DNA of 64,000 nucleotides from Hypanus sabinus (taxonomy: Eukaryota), in assembly GCF_030144855.1 (NCBI RefSeq), contig NC_082723.1, positions 63,240,001-63,304,000 on the forward strand, in the 5' to 3' direction. The notes under the pieces were generated by a model. It saw only the letters and a list, made by a program, of their open reading frames with translations. It was not told the DNA's origin and did not search any database. Below, one piece after another: positions 36,365 to 49,404 of this stretch; position 1 is the first letter of the stretch; each line of letters opens with the position of its first letter. A program made the position numbers and the translations under genes.

Positions 36365-38530
36365 TTCCAGTCCTGCAGAAGCATGCCAGAATCTATTAAT
36401 TCTTGAAAGATCATTACTAATGCCACCACAATCTCTTCAGCCACCTCTTTGAGAACCCTGGGGTGTAGTCCATCTGGTCCAAAGTTCAAAAATTTTCAAA
36501 GTAAATTTATTATCAAAGCACATATATTGCACAATATACAACCCTGAGATTCATCACTTCTGCCCCCGACACACTCAAATTTCTGGCATATTGCTTGTGT
36601 TTTCCACAGTGAAGATTGAGACAAATTCTTATTAAATTCATGTCTGTCATTTCTTTATCCCACATTACTTCCTCTGCAGCGTCATTTTCCAGTGGTCTAA
36701 CAACCATTTTTGCCTCTTTTGCTCTTTATATATCTGAAAAAACTTTAGTTATCCTTTGATATTTTTGGCTAATTTACCTTCAGGAGAGCTATTCTTATGG
36801 ATTTTTTTAAACTTGCCTTCTGTTGGTTTTTGAAAGCTTCCTAAAGCTAGCGTCCCTTCCCCATCAACTTTGGCCGGCTCTTCTCTCATGTAGAACAAGG
36901 GTTCTACATCTTCCGATCTACATCACCTCTTTCTAAGGATTTGATTTAATTCTTTTACCAACAGAGCCACCTCAATTCCTCTGCCTTCCTTTTGATACAT
37001 GGTATCAATGCACATTAAACTCCCCAACTATGATCTTTTTAACCATGACTTAGTGATACCCACCAATCTCTACTCTGCTTCAAGATCATCTACCTTATTC
37101 AATATAGTGTGCTTACAAATACAATACCTTAAATCCTAATCTGTCACCTTTTTTTTCGGTTTTCCCATGTTACACTGTGACTCATTTTACTGACAGTAAT
37201 TTTGCCCTATCATCTGCCTGTTCTTCCTCACACTGCATCAATTTATATACTAACAGCTCCATCCTTAGGCTGATCACTATGATTACCATCCCCCTGCCAA
37301 ATTAGTTTAAAACCCCTCCAACAGCCCCAGCAAACCTACTTGCAAGGACATTGGTCCCCCTAAGGGTCCAGGTGTAACCCATCCTTTTTATACAGGCCAT
37401 ACCTTCCCCAGAAGAGATCCCAATGATCCAGAAATTTGAAACCTGGCCCCCTGCACCACTTCTTCAGCCACTCATTCATCTGTACCATCATCCTATTCCT
37501 ACCCTGACTAGCACATGGTACTGGTAGTAATCCAGAGATTACTACCATGGAGGTCCTGTTCTTCAGTCTCCTGCCTAACTCATACTTATTGTGCATGACC
37601 TCTTCCCCCTTTCTACCTATCTCATTGGTGCCAATGTGCACCACGACCTCTGGCTACTCACTCTCCCTCCTAAGAATCTTCTGGACCCTAGTAACACAGC
37701 ATCTTGGCTTCTTTCATGGCCACAGAATCTGCTGACCATCCACTGAACTATCAAGTCTTCCATCACTATCAGTTTGCCTGACTTTATCCTTCCCTGCTGA
37801 GCCTCAGAGTTCCACTGGCCTGGCCTCCCTGCTCCTGTACCCTGACAAGTCATTTTCCACTAGCAGTATACATATTGCTGAGGGGCATGGCCACCAGGGA
37901 ACCCTGCACAAGCTGTTTACTCCTATTACTTCTCATGATGGTCACCCATCTACTATCTGTGTGTGTGACCACCTCAGTAAAAGTCTTTCAGCTTCCCAGA
38001 TGGTCCTGAGTGTATCCAGCTCCAGCTCCTTGACATTGTCAGTCAGGAGCTGAAGTTGGGTGCACTTCCTGCAGCTACAGTCATCAAGGAAACAGAAGGA
38101 GCATTCTACTTCCTGAAATACCATCCTGCCTATACTTGCTATATCTTTAACTTCTCAAACTGAAGTTCAAGCCTGCAACCGTTCTCGTCGAAGGCAGTTG
38201 AACGAAAGCTTGACCACTCTAAACGCTGTCCACTCCAACAATGGCTTAAACCTCGCCCTTTTTATTGGCCGTTGCTAAGTTACTTTTAACCCAAGCAACA
38301 CTGGCTCCATAGACAAGCCCTGACAGGTCCCACTCACTTTTGAACACTGGTGCGCGAAGTCCACAAGGAATTGTATCCAATTCACTCAGTGACCTCTGGC
38401 TCCATAGACAAGTCCCAACAGGCCACGGTCACTTTTTAAATCTGGTGCATTAAGTCCAAAAGGAACTACCTCCATCTCACTCCTTGATCTCGCACTCTGC
38501 AGACAAGTCCTGATCGGCTCTTTTCCTCTT
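36365..38530 (-). mobile_element. CR1 LINE 5' part (repeat-containing 5' UTR, ORF1 zinc finger and SGNH esterase, ORF2 remnants)
   Basis: CRKCTQLQLLTD; VHIGTNEIGRK..VVISGLLPVP..FLDHWDLFWGR..YKKDGLHL. Confidence 0.85.
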
Positions 38531-40453
38531 ACACCTGTCTATATACCTCCCCATGGTTGTTACACCTGCAGTACATCCCCCTGCAAAGTGACTGTCCTCC
38601 TTTCGGATCCACCTATGTAGTCTCACTTTAAAACCTTTCTAGGAGATCAGTCCATTACTACAGGAATGGACTCCAATGGCACCTTTTTTAAGATCCCTCC
38701 CTACCCCACTCCCATTATGCCTGATGATTCTATTCCCTGGAATCTTGAATTACCAACTCCGGGCATCTTTCAAAACAACACAACAAACAAAATGCTGGAG
38801 GAGCTCAGCAGAAATGTCATCTGTCCATCACCCTAACCTGCTGAGTTCCTCCTACATTGCGTGTTGCTTCTTTCAAGCACACCTCAATGACAACAAAACA
38901 CTTAAGGCAATGTCAACAGAAACTGCCGGAAATCTGAAATCCAGGAGCTCAGAGGTTGAGGTTTTTGAACACACTGTGACTATTGTCTTTGTCAATTGTT
39001 GCTTCTTTAATTTAATAAATTGATTGTAGTTCTAACCAATACATCAGTACCCAGTGTCCCAAACTGCAGCTTCCCTTATACCACTGTTAACAAAGCCCTA
39101 AACGGCTTCTCATCCACGGTCTGTCTCTCGTCTCCTCCCTGGAACAGAAGGATAGGATTTTCCCCCGGCCTCGCCACCATCCACACTAGAAAGATCATTG
39201 CTTTGTCCACGTTTACCCTTTATAACTGCTCCCATTCATTCAGAAACCAGAGAACAGCTTAACCCACAGTTACCCTGGTTTCACCTGATCTTTACAACGC
39301 CCCACTCCCTGTAGCTCTGAGTTTTGGATAGACAACTGTCACATGCCTGGTGAACCTCCTTTAGATCGACTCCAGTGTTAAGGCACAACCCACCCCAGCA
39401 GCTGGGACATTTTCAAAAGGAGGTGAATCAAGAAATCGACATCCACCATTAAGGATCTCCACCACACTCTTCTCATTCCTGCCATCATGGAGGAAATACA
39501 GGAACCTAAAGCTCCACGCTCAGTGTTTTAGGAACAACTTTCTCTCCTCTGCCACCAGATTTTCAAACAGTCCATGAACACTACCTCACTATCTATCTTT
39601 TGCACTATGCATTAATTTTTATTGTAACATGGTGATTTTTTTTTACACCTTGTACTACACGGCTACTGTAAAACAACAAATTTTACGATCTATGTCAGTG
39701 ATAATAGACCTCATTCAGAAAGGTGTGCATCTCTCCAGATTTGGTTATGAGGGAAATACAATGGGATTAGTTGCAAGGGCTGGGTGATGGCAAAGCACAC
39801 TGTGGCTAATGGGCCAGTTCCCATGCTGAAAGAGTGTGTGGGAAGGCTCAGCAAGGAACTAAATAATAAACAGAGAAAGTTATAGGAATACAAGGTCGCA
39901 GCAACAAAGTGCATTGCTCTTCAAAAGAGCTACTGCAGGGCTGATGAGGCCAACTTCCTATGGTGTCCTGTAAGAACTTATTCTTTAAACTGACAACCAC
40001 GTGAGGTGCGTCAGTCCTTGTGGGTCATAGTCCATTTGAAATGGAAGGAAATACAATGTGTAGTGCTGACCCAGGCAGATTCTAAAGATGTATCAATGTC
40101 ATTTCTATGTGTACATTCAGTGTCTCAGCACTGCAGTTGTACTGGGCAGATAACCACAGGATGGTCCAAGAGATGGGTTTCAAAGGAGAGTAGAGTTCAA
40201 AGTTGGAGAATAGTGTACAAAATCAGAGACTGAAGGAAAGAATTCCAGAATTCGGAGCCTCAGTATTTGGAGGCAACTGAGCAATTACACACAAAAAAGA
40301 TTGGAGGATCGGAAATTGAGAAACCTGTATATCTGATTTATGAGGCCATGGCGCAATATACTGCGATGGACACAAAAACAAAGGAAACTGAGACAGCTTA
40401 TATCGCGTGGCAGGCTCACAGTTTATGGACTGCCTCAGCATTCCACATCTCAC

Positions 40454-40559
40454 CTCTCTGCATCTTTTTGTTGATGAGTTTTTCCAACTCCAAGCACTGC
40501 TGGTTGTGTGGCTCATTTTTCAACATTGAGCGAATGAATTTCAGAGCTTTCTCGTATTC
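40454..40559 (-). CDS. FIS1: FIS1 exon 4
   Basis: ctttcag/GT boundaries; EYEKALKFIRSMLKNEPHNQQCLELEKLINKKMQR; 106 nt. Confidence 0.97.
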
Positions 40560-40646
40560 CTGAAAGACAGAACAGTTTTCTCACACTTCTGTAAGACAAG
40601 GCACATTCGGTCAAAGCTAGAAGCGTAACAAACTGTAGACATTCAC

Positions 40647-40723
40647 CTTCAACCGATAATTTCCAACGGCCAGGTAGAAAATGTAATCTCTCTGCTCCTC
40701 TTTGGATGAATCGGGATACAACT
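40647..40723 (-). CDS. FIS1: FIS1 exon 3
   Basis: cattcag/GT boundaries; (E)LYPDSSKEEQRDYIFYLAVGNYRLK; 77 nt. Confidence 0.97.
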
Positions 40724-41358
40724 CTGAATGGAAAGGAGAGGAAAAAAGTGTGAGAGATAATAGGAGAGAAGACAGCAACTGAAAACTCACAAGAACACAT
40801 ACTACTCTCGCCAAAAGTGGTCAAAGTCCTGTCCAAGCAGAGGGCCTGACCTGGAACTACATTACTTTCCGAACACTGTCATCGTTATAAGCAGGGTCTG
40901 AGAATTGAACCTCTGCCTCATCCCCTACCCCCAGAAGTGCAAATGCTCTCTCTCCTTCATTAAAAACTTTTCACATTGCCACATCTCGAATGCCATCATG
41001 GCACAGATCATGTGAATGGTCAGTCTGTTTGCCAGGAGTCCAAAGCTAGATGACATATGTTAAGGTGAGAGAGGGAATACTTAAAGGGGACCCAAGAAGC
41101 ACGTTTATCACATAGAGGGCGGTATATATGGAACAATCTACCAGTGGAAGTGATAGAGGCAGATACGATTACAACAATTAAATGATATTTGGACACATAC
41201 ATAGATAAGAAACCTTTGGAGGAATGTGGGCCAAATGCAGGTAAATAGGACTAGCAGTTTCAGTGGCCTGTTCTGTGCTGTATTATGCCTTGACCCTAAG
41301 TTAGCCCTGGCACCAGGACAAGTCAGTGGGATTGAAGTGTGTTCATGGTGTGGCTCAC

Positions 41359-41491
41359 CCTCCAAAATGGCAACTCCTTTAACGATGTCGCTAGAGTATT
41401 TGCTCCGGATTAGGCACCAGGCATATTCAAACTGTGTGGCTCTGGAGAGCGAGCCCTGCCTCAATTCTGCATTGTACTTCTTCTCAAACTT
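41359..41491 (-). CDS. FIS1: FIS1 exon 2
   Basis: ttttgcag/GTGAG boundaries; KFEKKYNAELRQGSLSRATQFEYAWCLIRSKYSSDIVKGVAILE; 133 nt. Confidence 0.97.
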
Positions 41492-42099
41492 CTGCAAAAC
41501 AGGCAACACAAATGTGGTGATGGAGCAGTATCTACCACACGGTCAGTGTTTCTACCTACTGCTGGATTCAGAACTGCCTTGCACTCTTCTCTCTAACACT
41601 GCAGCATGTCCCTCAACACTCCACAAAGCTCAACCAATGTCCCACAACTCCAGGTACTCACGCAAAGGCACCAGCCCAGCCCTGCTCCCACCCATCAATC
41701 CCCCTTCCAGCCCCACAATCACCCTACTCCCTACATCCCTCTGCGATCCACCCATACACCCCTATCAACCCACTCCCAGCCTTCCTCTCACCCACTCCCC
41801 CCTCTGCAGAGCCATTCTCCTGTTACCACACAACCATGGGCATCCCCCTGGCCCACAATGCCCAGGTGTTCCTGGCCCCCGCCATCCTACATGCAATCCA
41901 CAGGCGCCCCATACACAATCCTCAAGCATTCTACCCATAGCACCCCCACACACAATCCCCGGGCATCTCCCCCCACCACCACTGCTCCCATGCAATCCCC
42001 AGACACCCCCCTCCACAACTCCTCCATGTAAAACATTAATAACTTCTACAGTCAAGTCTTTTACCCCTAGCTTAATATAATTTCTTCTTCTGTCCCACT

Positions 42100-44450
42100 T
42101 CTAATTTGTGCTGTACCATATCTGCCATGAAAGTAACAAATTTTAATTTATCAACAATACCTTTGTTATAAAATCATATACTTTATATATTGACTTTAAT
42201 CTATCAGAATTGTGGATATAATAGGTCCTATTGACATTGTCCTCTGTATTTTCTAAAGAGTTTTTGCACATGATGTGCCCATTTCTTCCCAAACATGCTG
42301 CACTTCCACAGCTTTATTCACAGGACACCGTGCCAAAGCAGTGCTATGTTCCCCTCAACAAACGCTACATCTTGGCCTCGTGCATTCTCCACAATTACCA
42401 TGATCATGTTCTCCACCACATCTGCAACACCATTTTTTACCCCGACATACAGCTGCCACGTGGTCAAACTTTGGGCATTGAAAACATCTCAAATGGAGTG
42501 GCACGTAGACTTGAACTATACGACTCATATAACCCAATCCAGCAACTTTTTATCCATCAAATTTAATCAACACCAATAAGTTACAGTACTGTGCAAAAGT
42601 TTTAGGCACTGTAAATCTGTATAAATTTCATATTTAGATGTTTACCATTGGTCTTCTGAATTGCTGTCAGTAGAAAAGCCCAAATTTTAGATTTCCAAAC
42701 ACTCATTTTCAAAAAAAAAATTAAATGTTAGAGAATTTTTTGTATTTTATTAAAGAAACATATTAAATAATAGATCACTTTTCAAATAAAATCTTGATTA
42801 CTTCGTAGGTATACAGCCAAGTGCATGATTAAAAAAAGTTAACAAACAGGATGCTAATGATCAATGACATAGTGAGTTGAATGAACTAATTAACTGACTC
42901 AGAAACAGATGTAGAAGGGATCAAACTGGGCAAAGGACAAGCAAACTAAAAAGGTGAGGCTGTGGCAGATGTGACAGCTTAACCTTCAAGGTCATTTAAT
43001 CACAGCAACAAGACACAAGTGATCATCCTGCATCAGCAAGGTCTCCCCCAAGCAGAAATTCTGCAGCAGCTGGAGGTTCAAGTGTGCTGTCCAAGCTCTT
43101 CTGAAGAAGCACAAAGAAAAGGGCAAGGTTGAGGACCAGAATTTCGGTGGTCGGCCACAGAAAATTAATGCAGAAGACAAGAGATACTTCAAGCTGAAGT
43201 CCCTTCTAAATTGGGAGAAATCCAGCATTGCAATCAGCTTTGAACTCACAGAAACTGCTGGAACCCAAGTACACCCCTCTACAGTTTGGAGAAGTCTTGC
43301 CAGAAGCAGTCTTCATGGAAGAGTGGCTGGCAAAAAGCATTCATCCATGCTGGAAACAAGACTCACCAACATACAAAAACACAAGGACTGAGGTGCTAAA
43401 CAATGGCAGCGAGTGAAAATGATGAGTGAAAATGTGAAATTTTTGACTCCAAGAGGGGGTAGTTTATCTACAGAAAGAATGCGACATGGGATGAGTGTCT
43501 GTAGCCAACAGTGAAGCAGGCAGGGGTTCACTGCTGGTTTGGGCTGCACATGAAACTAGTGAACTAGTCAGAATTAATGGAATCCTCAATGCTGAGAAGT
43601 ACAAGCAGATTCTCATCCATCACATCAGGTAGGTGTCTGATCAGTATTAACTTCATTCTGCAGCAGGACAATGATGCCAAACACGTGGCCAAGGACATAA
43701 AGAACTATCTTCAGTGAAAAAAAACAAGGAGTTCTGCACAATATGGTGCGGCCTCCACAGAGCCCTGATCTCAACATCATTGAGGCTGTCTGAGATTACC
43801 TGGAAAGGGACAAACAAACGAGACAGCCGAAGTCTGCAGAAGAACTGTGATAAGTTCTCCAGGATGTTTGGAACAACCTTTCTTATAAAGCTGCAACAAC
43901 AGTGTACCAAGAGAATTGATGCAGTTTTAAAGGAAAAGTGTCGCACCAAATATTGATTTGATTTAGTTCTTTTTACTGTTTACCACTCTTTATGCTATTT
44001 GTTGATATTTAGAAACTTTTCATTATTTTTGAAAGCATTTTTGCCTTAAATAATTTCTTTAAGTGCCAAAAACTTTTGTACGGTACTCTATCTGCTCTTA
44101 CTCTACCATAAAACCTTTTTAAACGTTTAGCGTTTGTAATTTTTCCACCAACTAAATTATTTTAACGTGGTCCATGGATACATCTAGGCACTCCTGTGAT
44201 TACTCCCCCAAAGCCACTGTCATTCAGTACAGTTCCTTGGTATTGCTTTCATTCCTTCCATAGCTTTTAAACCTAAAACATTCTCACGTACCTTATGATC
44301 TTTACAAAGCACTAAAAGAGCCCAATCTCTTAGAGAATGATATCTAACGTTTTACTTAAATTCGTAATCAATTCGAATCACTATCAAAAACAGATCCACA
44401 TTTAAACCTCAGCAATATCTTAAACTCTTCCTTATTTTATTTAAAATATG
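42100..44450 (-). mobile_element. LINE ORF1 (gag-like, triple CCHC; I/Nimb-type) remnant split by Tc1
   Basis: YVPLHLRCFQCPKFDHVAAVCRGKKWCCRCGGEHDHGNC..PRCSVC; similar-composition sequence continues beyond the Tc1 at 44091-44450. Confidence 0.7.
42584..44088 (+). mobile_element. Tc1-family DNA transposon, full-length but defective
   Basis: TIRs CAGTACTGTGCAAAAGTTTTAGGCACT / AGTGCCAAAAACTTTTGTACGGTACTC; TA on both sides; transposase remnants FILQQDNDAKH and PPQSPDLNIIE. Confidence 0.93.
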
Positions 44451-44703
44451 TCTACTGCCTTCATCACTCAACTCGCTGCTTATTTTTCCGTTTCCCAGAA
44501 ACCCGCCATTCGCCTCCCTCCGTACAACTCCTACGACCCGTTACCTACCCCCGCCTGCTTCCTGGCATCTCTACCCACTCCCCCACCCCCTTCCTGTCTG
44601 AGAGTAACTCCCAACAACAAGCTCAGTCAACAACTCCACCAGTCAGTAAAACCCTTTTTGCCCCCTCACCCTCCGCCTATTTTCCCCCACCCCCGCTCTT
44701 TAC

Positions 44704-44748
44704 CAGCAGGTCTTCCGACGACACGATCTCATTGACAATCGCCTCCAT
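44704..44748 (-). CDS. FIS1: FIS1 exon 1 coding part (mitochondrial fission 1 protein)
   Basis: ATG in ACAATGG context; MEAIVNEIVSSEDLL then GTAAAG donor. The spliced product is 152 aa and collinear with vertebrate FIS1. Confidence 0.97.
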
Positions 44749-44880
44749 TGTTCCGGAAGTTTACGGCTACGTCAGCTTCTGAGCATGTGTCAGTCACGGC
44801 CCTTCGTACGCATGCGTGTTGTTGCCGGACCCGCCGTAGGGTCCCGCCATGTTTGTTGCTGGCAGTCGTTGCCCGTCAAG
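44749..44880 (-). promoter_or_regulatory. FIS1 CpG-rich promoter / 5' UTR
   Basis: ETS/GABP CCGGAAGT 44753-44760; NRF1-like palindrome ACGCATGCGT 44808-44817; YY1-like AAACATGGCGG (minus) 44844-44854. Confidence 0.75.
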
Positions 44881-44940
44881 GCAGGGCTCAAGGCAATGAA
44901 TAATCAGTTAGTGATCAGAGAGAGTAATTAGCGAATGGCC

Positions 44941-45138
44941 TGTGGTAAACTATGTGTATACCTGTCTGGACACGCCCCTCTGCTGACTGCTCCTGTGGCT
45001 CCTCCCACAGACCCCTGTATAAAGGCAATTGGGACACTGCTCCTCCCTCAGTCTCCAGGATGTTGTGTGATGGTCTCTTGCAGCTAATAAAAGCCTATCG
45101 TTTGCCTCCCGTCTCCGAGAGTTATTGATGGTGCATCA
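44941..45138 (+). mobile_element. Solo LTR (about 198 bp)
   Basis: TG...CA termini, TATAAA and AATAAA; homologous to 12296-12476 and 55890-55990. Confidence 0.85.
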
Positions 45139-45179
45139 TGATGCTTGCAAAGAAACAGAACAATCTCGGAGCACTGTTA

Positions 45180-46330
45180 CTATTGATAATTTGGGAGATC
45201 AGATCAGGACATAATATGAATGGTAGGGTCCTGGGGAGTGTCATAGAAAAGAGGGGCCTGAGAAGTGCATAGTTCTCTGAAAGCCATGTCACAAAGAGGA
45301 TTCTGAAGAAGGCATTTGGCAGACTGGCCTGGGCGTTGAGTGTAGAACCTGGAAAGTTGCTGCAGTTAGGTAAGAAGTTGGCGAGGCTGCATTTGGAGTA
45401 TTGAGGATGGATTTTGTCACCCTGTTGTGGAAACCTGAAAGAGTTCAGGAAAGATTTACCAGGATGTTAAATGTTTGATGGCTCTGGGTCTGTACTCGTT
45501 GGAATTCAGAAGGACAAGGGGGGGGGGAGATCTCATTGAAGCCTTTTAAATGTTGAAAGGCCTTGACAGAGTAGATGTGGAAAGGATATTTCCCATGGTG
45601 GGGGAGTCTAGGACAAGAGGGCACAGCCATGGGATGTATGAGTGCCCTTTTGGGGCAGAGATGTGGAGAAATTTCTTTGGCCGGATGGTGGTGAGCTTGT
45701 GGAGTTTGTTGCCACGTGCGGCTGTGGAGGCCGGGTCGTTGGGTGTACTTGAAGCAGTGATTGATGGGTTCTTGATTGGACATGGCATCAAGGGTTACGG
45801 GGAGAAGGCCGGGAACTGGGGTTGAGGAGGAGAGAAACAAAGGATCAGCCATGATTGAATGGTGGAACAGACTAGATGGGCTGTATGGCCTAATTCTGCT
45901 CCTGTGTCTTATAGTCTTATGTTGCCTGGACTTGGGCAACCTGAGTCACAGGGAGAGGGGTGTGTACACTAGGACTTAGTTCCCTAGAATGTAGGAGATT
46001 GAGGGTGTCCTGACAGAAGTATACAAGACCATGGAGGGTGTAGATGGGTCAAAGCACACCGTCCTTTTCCCAGGGAGCGGGTGCTGAAAACAGGAAAGCA
46101 TACATTTCAGATCAGAGACTAGGGGACACAAGGGCAGCTTCTTCACACAAAAGGTGGTGTGTATTTAGAATAAGCTGCCAGAAATAGCAGTTAAAAGCTA
46201 TCTAGCTAAGTACATGGATAGGAGAGTTTGAGAGGCCTGTGGACAGAATGGGTGAGCTCAGTGGACAACACAGGCTACATGGATGAGCAGGGCCAAAGGA
46301 TCTGTTAACATGCTGTGTAATTCCAGGACT
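45180..46330 (+). mobile_element. CR1 3' fragment with a second CR1 3' end nested at about 45469-45917
   Basis: KGLDRVDVERIFPMVGESRTRGH; ATGTT duplicated around the inner copy. Confidence 0.75.
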
Positions 46331-49300
46331 CCCTCAGAACATAACTTCCCAACTTATTCATCTGACCGGTGGAGGCCAGTGTGCCAAACGTCTTCTTCAC
46401 TACCTTACCTACCAGAGTCAGAATCAGGTTTAATATCACCGGCATGTGTCGTGAAATCCAATACTTTACAGCAGCAGTACAATGAAATATATGATAAATA
46501 AATATAGGGGGGGAAATGTGTTACATTATATATATTTAATGGTTAAGTTAAAATAAGTAGTGCCAAAAAAACAGAAATAAAAAAGTAGTGAGGTAGTGTT
46601 TGTGGGTTTAATGTCCACTTAGAAATTAGATGGTGGGGTGAGGAGGGGGAAGAAGCTGTTCCTGAATTGCAGAGAGTGTGCTTTTATTGTACTGTCCTGC
46701 ACTGATTTGTGCACTTTATGTGGTCCTGTGCAGGTCTGTAGTCTAGTGCAGTTTTTACATTGTTTTACATAGTCAAGTGTAGCCTTGTGCTGTCTCACAT
46801 ACTCTAGTGCAGTTTTGTGTTTCATGTAGCACCAGGGTCCTGGAGGAACGTTGTCCCATTTTTACTATGTACTGTACCAGCAGTTTATGGTTGAAATGAC
46901 AATAAACTTCACTTTTAGGCTCCTGTACCTACCACCCAAGGGTAAAAGTTTGAAGAGGGCATGTCCTGGGTGGTGGGGATCCTTAACGACGGACACCACC
47001 TTCCTCAGGCACCAGTCCTTGAAGATGTCTTGGATCCAGTAGAGGCTGATACCCATGACAGGGCTGACTAATTTTACAAGTCTCTGCAACTTATTTCGAT
47101 CTTGTGGAGTAGTGCCCCCTCCCCCAGTACCAGAAGGTGTTGCAGCCACTCATAATGCTCTCCACAGTACATTTGTAGAAGCTTTTGAGTGTTTTACTTG
47201 ACAAACAAAATCTCCTCAAACTCCTAATGAAACATAGCTGCCGTCTTGCCTTCTTTATAGCTGCATCGACATGCAATAAGTTGCATCCAGGTTTTCTCTT
47301 CAGAGATATTGACACGCAGGAACTCACAAGCAGTGAAAATCTGCAGGTGCCACCCTTTACAATTTTGTCTACCTTTTATGTTGTAACTCATCCAATGCAA
47401 TTTTGCCCTATTAACAGTCAGTCCTCACTCCACATTGCCCCTACTTGTAAATCTCCCTTCCTTTGTGCTGATTTGTCACCACCCTTGATTCAGCCAACAA
47501 CAGTGATGTTGTCAGCAAACTTAAATATGGGAAACAGAGCAGGGGGCAATGCACACAGCCTTCTGGTGCACCCGGACGATAGTATTGAATGCTGAGCCGT
47601 AGTCAATGAGGAGCATCCTGATGTATGCATCTTCAGAATCAGGTTTAATATCACCGGCATATATTGTGAAATTTGTTAACTTTACAGCAGCAGTACAATG
47701 TGATACATGATAAATAAATATAGAGAGAAAAAACTAAATTACAGTAAGTATATATATATTTTTTTTTAATAAAGCTAAATTAAGTAGTACAAGAAATAAC
47801 AGAAATAAAAATGCAGTGAGGTAGTGTTCATTCAGCAATTGGATGGCAGAGGGGAAGAAGTTGTTCCTGAATCGCCGAGTGTGTGCCTTCAGGCTTCTGA
47901 TCCCTGATGGTAACAATGAGAAGAGGGCATGACCTGGGTGATAAGGATCCCTCGTGATGGAGGCCGCCTTCCTAAGGCACTGCTCCCTGAAGATGTCTTG
48001 GATACTACTTCACTGTAGAGATGTTCTAGGGTTGAGTGAAGAGCCCATGAAATGGCTGTTGACCTGGAGTGACTGTCGGCAAATTGGAGCAGTTTCAGGT
48101 TGCTTCTCAGTTAGGAGTTGACATGTTTCATCATCAACCTCTCAAAGCACTTCATCACAGTGGATGTAAGTAACTGGAACCGTCTTACCCATAGCTACTG
48201 CAAGATCATCATGGAGGCAGGTTACCACATTTTTCCAAGACACCGGTATTCCTGAACCAGGTGGGTACCTCCGACTGTGAAAGCAAGAGGTTAAAGATCT
48301 CAGCGAACACTCCAGCCAGTTGATTAGCTCAGGTCTTTAGAACTCAGCCAGGTACCCCAAATGGGCCAGATGCTTTCTGTGGGTTCACCCTCCAGAAGAA
48401 TGCCCTCACATCAGCCTCAGAGATTGAAATCATGAGGTCATCTGGGCTTTGGGAGTCTGCAAATGTGCCTCCATGCTTTGATGGTCAAAGCAAACATAAA
48501 AGGTATTGGGTCATCTGGGAGTGAAGCCTTGCTGTCACCTATGTCGCTTTGGTTTCACTTTGTAGGAGGTGACAGCATTCATGCCCTGCCACGGCTGTCG
48601 AGCATCCTTCAGTGATTCAAGTTTGGTCCGCATCTGGTCCTAGGGCTTCTAGCTGGGGAAGACTCTGAATAACAAACACAAGAAAATCTGCGGATGCTGA
48701 ACTTCAAAGCAACACACACAAAATTCCGGAGGAACTCAGCAGGCCAGGCAGCATCTATGGAAAAGAGTAAACTGTCGATTTTTCAGGCCAAGACCCTTTG
48801 TCAGACTGAACTATTTTGTTGGGACACACTCATCTATGGCTGTTTTTATAGAGTTCGTGACACTATGATCTATTTGTTCAGAACCTCTGAGGAGTCCTTG
48901 AACATGGCCCAGTCAAAACAATCCCGTAGCTGTTCCTCTGTCTCTCCACAACTACCTCTTTGTTATCCTTACCTCTGGAGTCTTGTTTTTTTGCCCTGAG
49001 TGTATGCAGGTACATGGTGGACAGCCAAATGATCAGATTTCTCGAAAATGTTCTCTAGGGATGTTAGGCATTTCTAATCATAGTATGATAGAAACATAGA
49101 AAACCTACAACAAAGTTGTGCCGAACACGTCCCTACCTTAGAAACTACTAGGCTTATCTATAGCCCTCTATTTTACTAAGCTCTGTGTACCTATCTAAAA
49201 GCCTCTTAAAAGACCCTATCATATTCACCTCCACCACCATTGCTGGCAGCCCATTCCAGGCACTCACCATTCTCTGAGCAAAAAACTTACCTCTAACATC

Positions 49301-49404
49301 TCCTCTGTACCCAGCACCTTAAACCTGTGTCCTCTTGTGGCAAACATTTCAGCCCTGGGAAAAAGTCTCTGACTATCTACACGATCAATGTCTCTTATCA
49401 TCTT

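Noticed and set aside
38300-38530. Repeat array superficially like CRISPR
   Set aside because: Whole units are duplicated without unique spacers; vertebrate LINE context; no cas genes.
41226-42080. 284-aa plus-strand ORF
   Set aside because: Antisense shadow of FIS1 exon 2 plus C-rich low-complexity sequence; no recognisable domain.
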